This document shows positions 13,306 to 25,460 of a stretch of 64,000 bases of DNA, piece by piece (the first letter of the stretch is position 1; each line of letters starts with the position of its first letter). A model generated the notes under the pieces. That model saw only the letters and a program-made list of their open reading frames with translations, had not been told where the DNA came from and searched no databases. This DNA comes from Eledone cirrhosa (Eukaryota): contig OZ024747.1 in NCBI GenBank assembly GCA_964016885.1, forward strand, positions 75,392,001 to 75,456,000, read 5' to 3'. Made by a program: the position numbers and the translations under genes.

Positions 13306-13440
13306 GGTTATCGCTACAAGAAGGCCTATATAGCCACACAAGGTCCACTCGTAGAAACTACAGAAGATTTCTGGCGTATGCTGTGGGAGCACAATTCTAC
13401 TATAATAGTGATGCTTACAAAATTGAGAGAGATGGGAAGG
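13306..13440 (+). CDS. Lar: LAR-family RPTP exon, PTP D2
   Basis: caatag / gtatgt; [15 protein letters not shown]...[25 protein letters not shown]. Confidence 0.96.
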
Positions 13441-13706
13441 GTATGTATTTGTAGATTTCTTTAGATGATGTTTCCTTTGCTCTACCTTCTATTTATCCTT
13501 TTAGTCATGTTGCTTTGAACCTATGCCCTGTTAAGGGTTTGCTGATTGTACAGAACCGTTTTAGGGTTGAGCTGACCCTTCAGTCTTGTTAAGGACATAA
13601 CAACCTCTCTAGTGCTAATGCCAAGATAAAAATGCACAAATTATATTTGTCTTCACTAATTTTATTTTTCTTATTTTTCATTTTTTATGTTTTGTTTATT
13701 CAACAG

Positions 13707-13832
13707 GAGAAGTGTCATCAGTACTGGCCGAGTGAGAGATCTGCTCGTTACCAATATTTTGTTGTAGATCCAATGGCAGAATACAACATGCCTCAGTATA
13801 TCCTTCGAGAATTCAAAGTTACTGATGCTAGG
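13707..13832 (+). CDS. Lar: LAR-family RPTP exon, PTP D2
   Basis: caacag / gtatat; [42 protein letters not shown]. Confidence 0.96.
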
Positions 13833-15877
13833 GTATATATTTTATTTCATTATTCTGTTGTATGTAGAACCCATGCAAGTGTGGAAAAAGGACGTAAAAA
13901 TAATGCTGATGATGTATGTATGTCTCTATGTCGCTTGCTCCTCAGAAAAAAAGAAAAAATTTATTGGATGGCCGTTGATTCTCCTGAGTTCTGCCCTTTG
14001 ACAGGTTTTGTTTTTCATCCTGAAGGGTGTCTAAACTCACCCTCCTTACCAAGCAATGATGTAGACCAATTCTTCTTTTTGGACAAATGCATTCGATGTT
14101 CATAGAGGAGGATTGGCCCTGTGCAAAGCCTTTCCTCACTTAAAAAAGGTTCAAGAACAGGCATCGCTTGATATGTGACATATTTTTGCGATGCATGGTA
14201 TTGCTGGCCATAGGCAAGTCCATAGCAGGACTAAAAATGCCACGTCCGTTATGCTCATGCTTAAGTATCAAGTAATGGCATAATCGAAATTGAGTTGCAG
14301 CCATCATGTACATACGTTTAGCTTATTATGGTAACTCTGGTCAACTTAAAGAAATCCCTGGTCTGACTGTGCTATGTTGGCTGAAAGTAATTCCATTTAG
14401 GAAAGACAGCATGGGCATGGCAGCACCAGTACATCAGTAGAGCCTGTCTGATATGCATGCAGGTTGACAAAATCATTCTGTGTGCACTTGTTCATTGTCC
14501 AAGCATTGCTAACATGTGAAGATATATAAAACAGCTATTGTAGGATATATCTCACCGTCAACGGGGTTCACAATAAAAACTAGCACCCTGCTTTCTTTTG
14601 GCCAGGAAGGGCTGGCTGTTTCCCCTCTTTCTTTTAGCGATGGTGGACAAGATTGAAAGGACTGATCAACATTTGGAGAGGAAGGTGCTAAAAATTGCTA
14701 AAGATTGGTGATAATTGTGCGAATGTGTCTACTCTTAACATGTGTGTATGTGGTGTGTGGGCTGTGGGATAGAGCTGAGGGATGGCACATACCTTTGGTA
14801 GTCAGTGTAATTTAGGATCTGTGTTTGTGGGGTGGGGCTTGATCAGCTGTAGCTGGCTGTCTGCCTAATGTGACTTCTCATTTCATACATTTTGTATACT
14901 TCTCTTTTCTATGCCATTTTTCTTTTTAATCTTTTCATGCATTGAAATCTTTTTGTTTCTTTTCTGGTTAATAAAATAATAATAATAATTATTATTTCTA
15001 TAATTGAAGGTAGGTGAGAGGGGCAGAATGGACATGGGAAAATGGTTCAGCACCCATCCAGGTTTACTTGCAGGTTGGGTCAGGGAAAAGGGTATATATA
15101 CTCAAGGGATTGCATGGCTATCCTGGCCCATCCTCAATGGCTGTCCTTGTTGTTTTCTACATTTTCTTTGTTGTTGTTGTTTAACCCTAGGTTAGCCTTC
15201 ATCAAGCAGACCTACCTATAATTAAAGATATTCCAACCATGACCATCCCATCTTCTTATATAAAAAGCATTTGTGCATCCTTTAGGAGTTGTGACTGGTA
15301 GATAGTATCAACAATGGAAAGACCAATGGTCCAATTTGATAAGTCCCACTCCACTGAATTAACGAATGGGGTCCGGGATCTTGGTAATCGTTAAGATTTG
15401 ATTTATTTAAGATGGTAGGCTGTGATTTGGAAGTGACTGTATAAAGCCTACTTCATAGACCCATGCTTGTACTATCCAGTTTAGTGTTATTGTGAGGCCC
15501 ATGCTTGTATTATCCAGTTCAGTGTTATTGTGTTTTTCTTTCGCATTTAGTCATTAAAAAAAATAAAAGCAGACATCATTTTATATTATATAGACACAGA
15601 GATGGCTGTGGGGTTAAGATGTTTGCTTCACAACAACATAGTGTTGAGTCCCACTATAGGACAACTTGGTGGATATGCTCTATTGGTCTTGGGTTAAACA
15701 ATGCTGTATGAGTGAAATTTAGTAGATAGAATTGATATGGGGGTGCATCTCTCTCTCTATTTAGGTACATCTCTCTCGCTTGGCGCTCCCCCTCTCTATA
15801 TAGATGAGGGCAACGTCGTAACTTTCTGTCTTTCTACCACTTTCTGTCACTTTGAAATCACACGGCATTCCCCTTTC

Positions 15878-16703
15878 TCTCTATATCTTTGTATAAATCT
15901 CTCGTTTGGTGCACCCCCTCTCTATATCTTTGTATAAATCTCTCGCTTGGTGCACCCCCTCTCTATATCTTTGTATAAATCTCTCGCTTGGTGCACCCCC
16001 TCTCTATATCTTTGTATAAATCTCTCGCTTGGTGCACCCCCTCTCTATATCTTTGAATAAATCTCTCGCTTGGTGCACCCCCTCTCTATATCTTTGTATA
16101 AATCTCTCGCTTGGTGCACCCCCTCTCTATATCTTTGTATAAATCTCTCGCTTGGTGCACCCCCTCTCTATATCTTTGTATAAATCTCTCGCTTGGTGCA
16201 CCTCCTCTCTATATCTTTGTATAAATCTCTCGCTTGGTGCACCCCCTCTCTATATCTTTGTATAAATCTCTCGCTTGGTGCACCCCCTCTCTATATCTTT
16301 GTATAAATCTCTCGCTTGGTGCACCCCCTCTCTATATCTTTGTATAAATCTCTCGCTTGGTGCACCCCCTCTCTATATCTTTGTATAAATCTCTCGCTTG
16401 GTGCACCCCCTCTCTATATCTTTGTATAAATCTCTCGCTTGGTGCACCCCCTCTCTATATCTTTGTATAAATCTCTCGCTTGGTGCACCCCCTCTCTATA
16501 TCTTTGTATAAATCTCTCGCTTGGTGCACCCCCTCTCTATATCTTTGTATAAATCTCTCGCTTGGTGCACCCCCTCTCTATATCTTTGTATAAATCTCTC
16601 GCTTGGTGCACCCCCTCTCTATATCTTTGTATAAATCTCTCGCTTGGTGCACCCCCTCTCTATATCTTTGTATAAATCTCTCGCTTGGTGCACCCCCTCT
16701 ATA
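15878..16703. repeat. 41-bp minisatellite, ~20 near-identical copies
   Basis: Unit tctttgtataaatctctcgcttggtgcaccccctctctata; period 41 (ggtgcacc at 15908, 15949, 15990...). Confidence 0.95.
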
Positions 16704-16897
16704 TAAAATAAGCGTGAGACGGATGGATGGATGGACAGACAGTCTTATTATAATATAGATTAGAAAGAGTCGGGGCCCAATGGCTAGTTAGCTAATTCCA
16801 GAATGGCCTAATTAGTTTAAACTGGTCCTATCTTGATATATATATATCATCATCATCATCATTTCGTTTTAAGTCCGCTTTTTCCCTGCTTGCAAGG

Positions 16898-17341
16898 ATA
16901 TATATATATATATATATATAATATATATATAATATTATATATATATAATATATAATATATATATATATATAATATATATAATATATAATATATATATATA
17001 TATAATATATATAATATATAATATATATAATATATAATATATATTATATATATAATATATATATATATAATATATAATATATATATAATATATATAATAT
17101 ATATATAATATATATAATATATATATATAATATATATATTATATATATAATATATATATAATATATATATATATATAATATATATATATATATAATATAT
17201 ATATAATATATATATAATATATAATATATATTATATATATAATATATATAATATATATATAATATATATATAATATATAATATATATTATATATATAATA
17301 TATATAATATATATATAATATATATATAATATATAATATAT
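16898..17341. repeat. Interrupted (TA)n microsatellite
   Basis: Direct reading. Confidence 0.95.
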
Positions 17342-17724
17342 CAAGGTGCTCCCTTGATAAGCTGGCTTACCTCACAACAATGTTACATATCTATGATATA
17401 ACATTCTTGCATAGTGACCAGCGAAACTGTACAGTCGGGACAAAAGAAAAAAAAAATAGGTATCTTGTATCTATTATTCCTTTTTATAATATTTTATATA
17501 ATATATATATATATATATAATATATATATTATATATATATATATAATATATATATATATATATAATATAATATATATTATATATATATATATATATAATA
17601 TATATTATATATATATATTTAGGTACATGCACACACACACACACATATATACATATATATATATATATTTAGGTACATACACACACACACACACATATAT
17701 ACATATATACTGTGTTTGTTGTAG

Positions 17725-17879
17725 GATGGACAATCGCGAACTGTAAGACAATTCCAGTTCACTGACTGGCCTGAGCAAGGAGTGCCTAAGTCTGGTGAAG
17801 GATTCATTGATTTTATTGGGCAAGTTCACAAAACCAAAGAACAGTTCGGTCAAGATGGCCCAATCACTGTACACTGCAG
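17725..17879 (+). CDS. Lar: LAR-family RPTP exon, PTP D2 (WPE loop)
   Basis: ttgtag / gtaagt; [52 protein letters not shown]. Confidence 0.96.
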
Positions 17880-17983
17880 GTAAGTATCTTTGGCAGGAAG
17901 GGGGTATTTCTCTCTCTCTATATATATATTTTTTTTTCTCTTTATCACTTTATCTCTCTAGATTGTTTGATACCTATGTAGGT

Positions 17984-18069
<86 letters not shown>

Positions 18070-18873
18070 ACTCTCTCTCTCTAAATATATATATATATAT
18101 TTAAAAAAAAGGAAAAGAATTACTTCACTTGTTCTAAATAATTTTATTTAATTTTATAATATTATATGAATTGTCATAATATTATAATATAATAAAATTA
18201 AATCAAATTATTTAGAACTACAAGTGAAGTCATTCTTTTTTCTTTTTTTCAAATATACCTAACTGTACCAAGGATGTTACACATTTTCCAATATATATAT
18301 ATATATCTTGATCCCTCTATCTGTAAATTGTATGATACTTATGTACATAGTGCAATGTTTAATGGTAGCAAGGTATGGGTATTGAATGCAGAGGTTGTAC
18401 AATGGTTGAAAAGAGAGAAAAGTTGTATGGTTTGCTGGATATGTAATGTTATCTAGGTGCATGAATGACAAAGCACAGATGAGTTGAGATAAAAATCAGC
18501 TGTTGTATACAAGAGAAGATTATGCTGGTATGGACATGTAATGAAATAGGGATGGTCACAGTTGGGTAAAGAAGTGCCAGGAGTTCCAACTGGAAGGAGG
18601 TTACAGAAGAGGAAAGTTAATGATGATGATAGTGGTGATGGTGATATTGACGATGATGGTGGTGATGGTGATAATTATGTTGATGGTGATAATGAGGATG
18701 AGGATGATGATAGTGGTGATGATGGGGATGATAATGATAATGGTGATGATGATGATAGCTTTCTTTCTCCTTACATTTATTTTTATTTTGCTCCACATTT
18801 CAAAACTAAATAAGTTTTCTAATCTCTCTCTCTCTCTCTCAATTTTCCCCTACCCCATTTCTTCTCTATATAG

Positions 18874-19009
18874 TGCGGGAGTTGGAAGGACTGGTGGTTT
18901 TATTACATTAAGCATTGTGCTCGAAAGAATGAGGTATGAAGGTGTGGTGGACATGTTCCAAACGGTGAAGATGCTCCGGACACAAAGGCCAGCCATGGTA
19001 CAAACAGAG
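18874..19009 (+). CDS. Lar: LAR-family RPTP exon, PTP D2 P-loop
   Basis: atatag / gtaatg; [45 protein letters not shown]. Confidence 0.96.
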
Positions 19010-19044
19010 GTAATGTCATTAATTTCTTTTTATTTGTGTGTATG

Positions 19045-20333
19045 GTCTACTGGTTAGACTTCAGTTCTACTGGTTAGACCTCAGGTCTACTGGTTAGACT
19101 TCAGTTCTACTGGTTAGACCTCAGGTCTACTGGTTAGACTTCAGTTCTACTGGTTAGACCTCAGGTCTACTGGTTAGACTTCAGTTCTACTGGTTAGACT
19201 TCAGTTCTACTGGTTAGACTTCAGTTCTACTGGTTAGACCTCAGGTCTACTGGTTAGACTTCAGTTCTACTGGTTAGACTTCAGTTCTACTGGTTAGACC
19301 TCAGGTCTACTGGTTAGACTTCAGTTCTACTGGTTAGACTTCAGTTCTACTGGTTAGACCTCAGGTCTACTGGTTAGACTTCAGTTCTACTGGTTAGACT
19401 TCAGTTCTACTGGTTAGACCTCAGGTCTACTGGTTAGACTTCAGTTCTACTGGTTAGACTTCAGTTCTACTGGTTAGACCTCAGGTCTACTGGTTAGACT
19501 TCAGTTCTACTGGTTAGACTTCAGTTCTGCTGGTTAGACTTCAGTTCTACTGGTTAGACTTCAGTTCTACTGGTTAGACCTCAGGTCTACTGGTTAGACT
19601 TCAGTTCTACTGGTTAGACCTCAGTTCTACTGGTTAGACTTCAGTTCTACTGGTTAGACTTCAGTTCTACTGGTTAGACTTCAGTTCTACTGGTTAGACC
19701 TCAGTTCTACTGGTTAGACCTCAGTTCTACTGGTTAGACCTCAGTTCTACTGGTTAGACCTCAGTTCTACTGGTTAGACTGTTCAGTTCTACTGGTTAGA
19801 CCTCAGTTCTACTGGTTAGACAGTTCAGTTCTACTAGTTAGACTGTTCAGTTCTACTGGTTAGACAGTTCAGTTCTACTAGTTAGACTGTTCAGTTCTAC
19901 TAGTTAGACTGTTCAGTTCTACTAGTTAGACTGTTCAGTTCTACTAGTTAGACTGTTCAGTTCTACTGGTTAGACAGTTCAGTTCTACTAGTTAGACTGT
20001 TCAGTTCTACTAGTTAGACTGTTCAGTTCTACTAGTTAGACTTCAGTTCTACTAGTTAGACTGTTCAGTTCTACTAGTTAGACTGTTCAGTTCTACTAGT
20101 TAGACTGTTCAGTTCTACTGGTTAGACAGTTCAGTTCTACTAGTTAGACTGTTCAGTTCTACTAGTTAGACTGTTCAGTTCTACTAGTTAGACTGTTCAG
20201 TTCTACTAGTTAGACTTCAGTTCTACTAGTTAGACTGTTCAGTTCTACTAGTTAGACAGTTCAGTTCTACTAGTTAGACTGTTCAGTTCTACTAGTTAGA
20301 CTGTTCAGTTCTACTAGTTAGACTGTTCAGTTC
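19045..20333. repeat. 20-bp / 22-bp minisatellite in the last LAR intron
   Basis: tggttagacttcagttctac units changing to tagttagactgttcagttctac. Confidence 0.95.
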
Positions 20334-20579
20334 ATCACCACAAACTTGTTGGTTTCATTAACAGACTGAACAACATATTTTGTCCTTGAACATAATACTT
20401 CATTTCTTGTATTTTGTTTCTTTTTTTTTTTTTTATTATTCTATACTTTTAAGAGTTCTTTTATTTTTTTTATTCCATATTTTAAAGATTTCTTTTATTT
20501 TTTATTCTATATTTTAAAGATTTATTTATTTATTTTTTTATTATTCTATATTTTTGATATTTCTTTTGTTTCTTTACAG

Positions 20580-20648
20580 GACCAATATCAATTCTGTTAT
20601 CGTGCAGCGCTGGAGTACCTTGGCTCTTTCGATCACTATGCAAACTGA
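20580..20648 (+). CDS. Lar: LAR-family RPTP terminal coding exon
   Basis: tttacag acceptor; [22 protein letters not shown] then TGA, the canonical LAR C-terminus. Confidence 0.96.
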   Translation, partial: DQYQFCYRAALEYLGSFDHYAN

Positions 20649-21761
20649 AGCAGCGATTGCCTTTTCCTATCTGTGCAGCCCTCTGTATATTAGTAGCTGG
20701 GCATACATATGCTTTCTGAGAAGGCACCACATGGAATGATTAATTGTTAATGCATTCAGAACAGAAAGCAGAGGGACATGCTGGTTCTACTTCAATATTA
20801 TGTCCAAGTTACATAAGAAGGAAAAAAAAATTATTCCATTAACTGCTTTTTTTAAAATACAAAATAATAAAACGGAAGCCTACCAAACAGCTTTATATCA
20901 ACTTAAAGATCCGACGTTGATTTTATATATTTTTCTTTTCAGTATTATTTTTTTTATTAATTTTTTTTTTTTGTTAAAAACTTTTTTCCCTTTATCATTA
21001 TTCTCATTTTTCCGTTCCATTAAGTTTGCTTCCAGTCCCGTTAAGGACAACATTAAATAAAAAATATATATAAACAATACAAATACAACAACAGAATTTT
21101 CATCCAGCCAAGAAGCATTGTTACATTTAAGATTTTTCTTTTTTTTTTCTCCAAGACAAAAAGTTTTTCATCAAAAACAAAGGAATAACAAATTATTATT
21201 ATTACTATTATTATTATTATTGTTATTATTCCTTGCCAGTTCACCTTGGTTTACTATTATCATTTTTGTTTATTTGACTTTTTTTGTTATTAGTTTACTT
21301 ATTTTATGATGAAGAAGAAAAAGAGAAGGAAGGAGAAGAATAAAAAAGAAAAAAAATAGTTTCTATTTCATTTATTTTTTACAAATTTTTAATTTTTATT
21401 GCTGTATTAAACAAAACGAAAAAAAATAAAAATATGGTAAAGAAAGAACTGTCAGACTGTGTCAGAGACCTAATATTTCACCTGATTAACAACAACAACC
21501 AATACAAAGATATAATTGTAAAAAAAAAAAGATATTAAAAAAATAATAGAAAAATGAAAGAAATCAAGGCTCTGATGAATTTTCTCCTCCCAATAATAAA
21601 TCAGATATTTGAATGGACAAATTAAAATAATGGAGACCATATTTTCATGGGGCAACTTGCCTAAATAACAAAAAAAATGTTAAAAATCCAGGGGGGGTGG
21701 GGATGCTATTATTGGCGGTGCCCATCATGGTTGTAATATAATGGTGTACGTTGTAACTGTG

Positions 21762-21796
<35 letters not shown>

Positions 21797-22007
21797 TAAT
21801 AATAATATTATATCTAGCTCTCCAATTAGTAGTTGAAAACGTAGGAAGCAATTTATTTTTGTATGTAAGCTAATCTCATTGCTGGTTATGTAGCAGTTCA
21901 TATCTGGATTTTGAATTTCATTTTATTCTGCTGTTTCATACCTCAGATTTTAGATGTTTCCCCACTCCCCAACCCCTCTTTTATCTTTTTTTTTATTCTG
22001 AAAATCA

Positions 22008-22041
<34 letters not shown>

Positions 22042-22519
22042 TTTCAAATTCCAGTAGCTTATTCGGATTGAGGATGAGTCCAGCACCTGTAATTAGTGAA
22101 TGAGTGAAGTTTTATGCCTTTATAAATACAAAACAATAATTGATGATGATGATGATGATGATGACGATGATGACGACAATGATGAAGATGATAATGATGT
22201 TGATGATAATGATGATAATGATAAGTGCAGGGGGATGGGGGAAAGAGTAAGGAGGACAAAAGTAAATATACCTCGGGTGTATTCTTTAATTTGCATTAAG
22301 AAGAAGAAGATGATGATGATGATGAAGAAGAAGAAGAATTAACCTCTAAGGTAAATTGTGTACAGTGTGATAGAATGTCTGTGTATAGGTGACTGTCAAG
22401 CTAAGATTTGAAGGGAGAGAGAACGAATGATATATATATATATATATATATATATGTAATATATCATGTGTATATGTATATATATATGTATATGTATATA
22501 TATGTATAATATATATATA

Positions 22520-22554
<35 letters not shown>

Positions 22555-22738
22555 TTACTAATCAGGCTTTATAATAGAATATATATGTATATATGTATGT
22601 GTATATATATGTGTAAATATATATACATATATATAGTAGAATTAGAGCAATGTTCTTTAACATTTCAGTGGGTTGTTTTCCCTTTCAATAAATGCTTGCT
22701 CACAGTTATACATTTACTGTATCCTATTATTATTACTC

Positions 22739-22773
<35 letters not shown>

Positions 22774-24659
22774 GTTATTATTATTAAACATCTTACTAGA
22801 GAGCGTACTAGTACTATTACTACTAGGTAGCAACCTGTAGTTTAGTATGACATTAGATAGCAGTTAAGTAAGTATCCTCTCATCCTCTTTTTCTCACAAA
22901 GTTCAACCAGTCAGATGTTTTTCCTATCCTTTTTAACAGTTGTAAAAAGCTTGTGTTGGTGCTGTTTTCAAATCCTATACAATCCTCTTCCTTGTAGCTC
23001 ACTTCACTAAGCATTATAAATATATATATATATATATACGTGTGTGTATGTAGATGTCTTTATATATGTTTATGTTTATGTATATATATATATATATCAT
23101 CATCATTACGTAATGTCCAATTGATGAAAATTATGATGATATTTCTTGATATATGTATACATATATATGATATACATCAATGTATGTATATTGTAACATA
23201 CCGACAAACACACACACACACTATGTATATATATATATATATTTACTAATCAGGCTTTATAATATAAGTTATTGATGAATATTAAAATCAAAATATTTAA
23301 TTGTCTATACTTATTGATGTTGATTCCCTCTTCAGCCACCCAGCTACTTACCAGTCCTTGTCTACCCACCACTACCACCACCACCCTTTAGTCTCTTGCT
23401 TCCTTCTTACAGTAACCCCACCACCATTACATGAACACTAGTATTTCTCAATGAACCCTCTCCTCCACACTAACCTGTGATGAAACAAATAAATTCTTGT
23501 CATGACTCTCACAGCCTAGTCCACCTTACTTATTTCACCACAATTGCATACACAACCCTCTCTCTCTCTCTCTCTCCCTTGCTCTCCTTTTCTTTACAAA
23601 TTTGTATATTTCTGATTATCAAATATAAGTCGATTATGTTTTGTTTTCATATAATGTTTTTGGTTTGTTATAAATTTTGTTACTTTTTCTTGTTAGTTGT
23701 TTTGTGTTGAGGTTTTGTTGCAATTTCTAATGACTTTTGTTTTCAAAGGAAACTGACAAATTGTTTTCATTAATATTTAGCCTTAGTATTTAACAGTACT
23801 GGTATTTAGCTTTAGTATTTAACTCTTATTATAAGTCATGTCGCTGTCTCACTCACTTTTATAGGTGTAAATAATAAATCAAATTCTCTTTAGTTTCAAA
23901 TTGTAGCAATTCTCGCAGTTTCTCTAGCTAACCTATTTTCACTTTTACTCCTGATAATGATAAATTATTATAACAACAATAATAATAAGTTCTAAATAAG
24001 ATCAGTTTTCTCAGTCTTTCACTCATTTTTCCCTTTCTTTCTGTCTTACTTCTTCTGCTGCTGTTGTTTTTAGTATAGTTACTATTAATATTAGTATCAT
24101 TTTTAATTCTTCCCCCAGCGAACACTTCTGTTTTCTCCGTCCTCCATTGCTGTGCTGCATAAACTGAAAGCACACATGAACAAAAACAGTATGTGCTTGC
24201 TTTTTCAACGTAGCATCTATAAAGCTAAAACTCCCCTCAGCTGCTGAGTCACTGTTTCAAATTTAGCTATATAAGGACATCACAAAAGATGAATATATAT
24301 ATTAATACTATTTGCTATTAAGGAAAAACATTATTTAAAAATGAAAAGATATCTATGATTGGTTCCATTCGTAACATCTTTTTTCATATTTGGTTTCTAT
24401 TGTTTTTGTGTTTAGTCTAGGACTTTGTGTTTGAATGCGTGTATGTGTGTAGATGATTTATCAGTATCAATGTTAAATTATATACTGATTGTTTGTGTAA
24501 TCTATATAGATATATATGTATATAATAGATCTTTGATTAATTGGGACTCCAAGTTTCATCTTTAGTGGTTAATTCATTCAGTCTATACACTTACACACAC
24601 AAACATATATATATATATATACATACATGCATATATATATATATATATACATACATACA

Positions 24660-24702
<43 letters not shown>

Positions 24703-25022
24703 TTTATTATTGTTTTTTCTTATAATTTCCAGGCTGTTTCAGTCTCATGGAATCACTTGCATTCTCTGATCTTTGGTGATTCTATGCAGCTGAAACATTT
24801 TGCAAATCATAAGAATAAACTATTAAATATATATTCTAAACTCACTGCTTTATATGAATTGTGGATATTCTGGTCATAAAACTAGGTATATATCCATATA
24901 TATATATATGTGTGTGTGTGTATGTATGTATGCATGCATATATATTATACTTGACATGCAGTGAACTTTAGATTGACTCATTGAAACTATATACCTAATG
25001 TCACTATTCATCATGAATGTAA

Positions 25023-25074
<52 letters not shown>

Positions 25075-25411
25075 GTGTGTGTGTGTGTATGTATATACAT
25101 ATATGTATGTGTATATATCTAACAGAGGCCATAATTACATCTTCTTGGCAGGGGGCTAGTACTATTTGTTATTCACAGCAATGTTATTTACAATGATTTT
25201 CTCCTGTTTTTTTTTTACATAAGCAGTTATTACCATCCTTATTCAGTTGTACATAATCTATTTGGTTTTTACAAGAAGCTCTATATATATGTGTGTCTGT
25301 GTTGTACATATGTGTATGTATGTATGGATGTGTGTATGAGTTTGTATGTGTGTGTATATATATATATATAAATATATATGAGTGTGTGTATGTGTGTTTG
25401 AGCATGTATGC

Positions 25412-25460
<49 letters not shown>

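Noticed and set aside
20646-20660. Stop-codon readthrough of LAR
   Set aside because: Context is TGA-A rather than TGA-C, and the protein already ends at the conserved LAR C-terminus.
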